A DNA stretch of 41,273 bases from Bigelowiella natans CCMP2755 (lineage: Eukaryota > Protista > Cercozoa). The notes beneath the pieces were generated by a model. It was not told where the DNA came from and made no database searches. It saw only the letters and a list, made by a program, of their open reading frames with translations. The stretch lies in assembly GCA_000320545.1 (NCBI GenBank), contig ADNK01000480.1, positions 1 to 41,273 on the forward strand, read 5' to 3'. Below are positions 38,040 to 41,273 of the stretch, piece by piece. Every line of letters begins with the position of its first letter. Within the stretch, counting starts at the first letter, position 1. The translations under genes were made by a program, and so were the position numbers.

Positions 38040-38866
38040 CGAGGATTGCGATCGCGAAGAAAGATTGATTCGCTCTGTGCCGTATCGACCAAATCAGGCC
38101 TTGATTAAAAAGCTGCTCGTGCCCGTAGCAGATCATGAGAATAAGCATAAGGTGATGAGACCGATGTGATGCAACGAGGGATCAGACCCCGTTGGGGGGG
38201 AGGGGGGGGAGGGGGGGGAGGGAAGGCATTGCGGGCATTAACCCTGATATGCACCCTTCGCGGCTATATTGTGCGGTAGCATTAGTGACGTGATGATTGC
38301 GCTAATCATCAGGCCATGCAATTAAGGGAGTTAGCAGCTATGAACGGTACAAGAATAGACAGATAGACAGAGAGAGAGAGAGAAAGAGGCATTCTCATCT
38401 GAAGAAGATCATCCATGATTACCACACACGACTTCACTGATATCGGTCATCACCATCACCATCATCATCATCAAATGGCGAAATCATTGTGCAAGTAATG
38501 GGCCGTTCTCCGCTCTCATTACTGCTTTGGTAGACCACCATTCTCCCCCCCCCTCACGTCAACTTGCTTTTTCCCAGGCACAGCGCTAGATGTGGTCACG
38601 TGCAGAAATTGCGGGGAGCAAGGTCGTTAGGAGATGGAGGAGGAGGAGGAGGAGGAGGAGTCCCGATGGTGACATTTGGGGGGGGGGAGATTTTGCCATA
38701 ATCATCATCATCATCATCATCACAATCATCAAACGTTACTACCAATCTCGATTACGCGTCCTCCCTCTCCTCCTCCTCCTCCTCTGCAAACATACTGAAG
38801 TTTCTCTGCCCCTCCTCCTCGACAAAAACCTCCATCCCTCCTCCTACCATACTTCTACTACTACTA

Positions 38867-38897
<31 letters not shown>

Positions 38898-39150
38898 CGC
38901 TGCTGCCACCACAGGACACCGCATCTTCGAATGCCCCAAAAGACAAGGCGGTTCGGTAAGTAATAATAATAGCAATAGTAATAGTAACAATCGCAACAGT
39001 AGACAGAAAAGAGTAGCGGAGGATCGAGAAGAACCGTGTGTCGGGGGGAGAGGAGGGGGGATGCCAACCGCATAGGACAGTGGATTCATTTAGCACGGGG
39101 CAGGAGCTATGATTTCATTGAGCTCCTGCACTAGTATTTATACTGCTGGA

Positions 39151-39191
<41 letters not shown>

Positions 39192-39712
39192 CATATGATA
39201 ATACTAGTAGCGACGATTGAACAGATGATGATGGTGATGGTGATGACGACGATGATGATGATAAAGGGATGGGTCCCGGCGAACATCAAGTGCGCGATAT
39301 GCGGATCTGACAACCACCCGACAATTGACTGTCCGAATCGGTAGTAGAGTAGTAAGTAGGAATTGTGGTAGTAGTAGTCGTCGCAGTAGTGCTACTATGC
39401 AGCCGCAGCAGGAGGAGGGGGTGGAGGGGGAGGAGGAGGAGCGTAGGAGTGCGCGCTGCGTTGTTATGCTACTTGCGGTGTTAAGCGATATAATGCTGCT
39501 GTCCCAGGGAACGATGATGATAGCGGTGGTGACGGGCTACTACTACTACTACTACTACTAATAGTAATAATAATCATCATCACGTGATTTATGTATGCTT
39601 ACGACAGCGGAGATGCGAAAAACAGTGCCAAATTGGAGAAGCTAAACGATGAATACTCACAGGTGAGCATATTATAACCGAAGCAGCAAAACTACAGCTC
39701 TACTTACTTACT

Positions 39713-39777
<65 letters not shown>

Positions 39778-40302
39778 CATTGTTCCGAGTGAGAAGAAAA
39801 GAGCTGTAGTTTTGCTGCTTCGCTGAATCGTTCTCATCCTCCTCCATTTCCTCCTCCCCCCCTCTCCTCCTCTTGCGATGCTCCTACACACACAGTTCAT
39901 GGCCGAGCTTGGAGGTGCCCCTCCCAAGCCCGTAGCGTCAACGAGTACACCAACACCTGCAGGGGGGGCGGCACCTGTACAGCAGCAGCAGCCAGCCATG
40001 ATGCAAAGTAGTGACGTGGATGATGAAGAGAGGACCAGGGAGGGGGGGGGGGAGGGTAGGAGGAGAACACCAGGGAAGGTTTATGATTTCGTGTCATCAT
40101 GTAGTTGCGGAAGACGCGATGTTGTTGTTGTCGTTGATGATGATGATAATGGTGATTCGCCGAAGAACGCCTACTAATAACATCTTCTCTTCCAGATGCT
40201 GGTGGTGGTGGTGGAGGAGGAGGAGGAGGAGGATCGAAATCGGCCAATGACTGGGTTTGCACATCTTGCAGCAATAGTAACTACTCGTTCCGTACTCGGT
40301 AA

Positions 40303-40337
<35 letters not shown>

Positions 40338-41273
40338 TCTCACGGCGTGTACACGTATATATCATTACATATCTACTGCATATCTGCTGGAAGAACACAG
40401 TATATGACAGCATTGAATTCAAGTGCATGCAGCGACATTTTGTAGAAAAGTGGTAGCAGTAGCAGTAGCAATAGCAATAGTAGTAGTAGTAGTAGTAGTA
40501 GTAGTAGGCTTGTGGACTTATGAACTCATTTCTCCACTCACCTCTCCGCTGTTTCTTGCTGCTGCTGCTGCTGCTGCTGCTTTAGTTGCAATCGTTGCGG
40601 TGCCGACAGAAAGGACGTCGACCCTGGCTGGACACCACAAGCAGCTGCTGCAGCATCGAAAGGTGACAATATATAATAACAAGAGAGAGAGAGAGAGACC
40701 AACCAGTTGTTCTGCAACAACAGCAGCAGCATTGGCTACGACGAGAGCGACCAAAAAACCACGGGAATTCCCCGATCATATATGGGGTGAGAAAGCTGCG
40801 TGGGAAGGAGTTCAAGGGGGGAGAGAAGGGCATGCAAGGCAACAAGCCATTCGTCGAGTACTGATGTTGCATCCATCCCTGCTACTACTTACTCTTTTCG
40901 GCCAGATTCTTCCACAGCAAGCAATGGAAAGAAAAACGATGATTCGGATCCAAACGACTGGGTCTGCGAGAGTTGCGGTACGTCTTCATGCAGCAGCGGC
41001 AGCAGCTGTCACAACAAGGCCTCTTCCCACTCCTCCCCCCCCCCCCCCCCCCCCACCACCACCAATCGACCATATATTTAACATATTGACTGTCGGAGTT
41101 ACGATGATAGCGATGTGATAAAACCTGTGCTGGTTCTCGACGCACCTGTAATGTGTATGTAGATGTGCATGCGTGCATGCATATGTGAGTGCGTGTGCTT
41201 GCGACGGCGACGATGATGATGATGATGATGATGATGACGATGACGATGATGATGGTGGTGGTGCTGCCCATTG
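34630..41273 (+). CDS. SF1: Splicing factor 1 / branchpoint-binding protein (ULM, SPSP, KH-QUA2, two zinc knuckles) with added RanBP2-type zinc finger(s); incomplete at window end
   Basis: RKRKSRWG and RKRRSRWG; [11 protein letters not shown]|GKRTNTR; [16 protein letters not shown]|[25 protein letters not shown]; EPLHVLITA; [10 protein letters not shown]; CRNCGEQ|GHRIFECP; [15 protein letters not shown]; DEYSQ|FMAELGG; [17 protein letters not shown]|CNRCG. Confidence 0.95.

Noticed and set aside
1-41273. tRNA, rRNA, transposase/RT or prokaryotic defence systems
   Set aside because: None recognisable by eye; a tRNAscan/Rfam/Dfam search would be needed to exclude small elements.

Overview
Eukaryotic nuclear DNA: gene-dense, with many GT-AG introns that are often filled with microsatellites. 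The ORF track is mostly SSR noise, so I rebuilt gene models by hand-splicing. Nine genes: (-) unknown protein with a signal-peptide-like leader; (+) NHL-repeat/EF-hand-like protein; (-) bacterial-type IF-1 (infA) with a bipartite leader; (+) DMT/EamA (SLC35F-like) transporter; (+) truncated cullin N-terminus fused to UBA; (-) C2 + DUF3395/SUEL-like + coiled coil + LamG protein; (+) DUF1295 membrane protein with leader; (-) RanBP1; (+) splicing factor SF1/BBP with extra RanBP2-type zinc fingers, running off the right edge. The leaders suggest an alga with a complex plastid, probably a chlorarachniophyte (inference). The main unexplained structure is four ~0.7-1 kb spacers rich in CTAG/AGCT/CATG palindromes. 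They follow every complete gene 3' end, never lie between divergent genes, and share exact 14-21-mers. The first ~640 bp is a fold-back inverted repeat, probably an assembly artefact. Exon boundaries are manual and unverified by transcripts.
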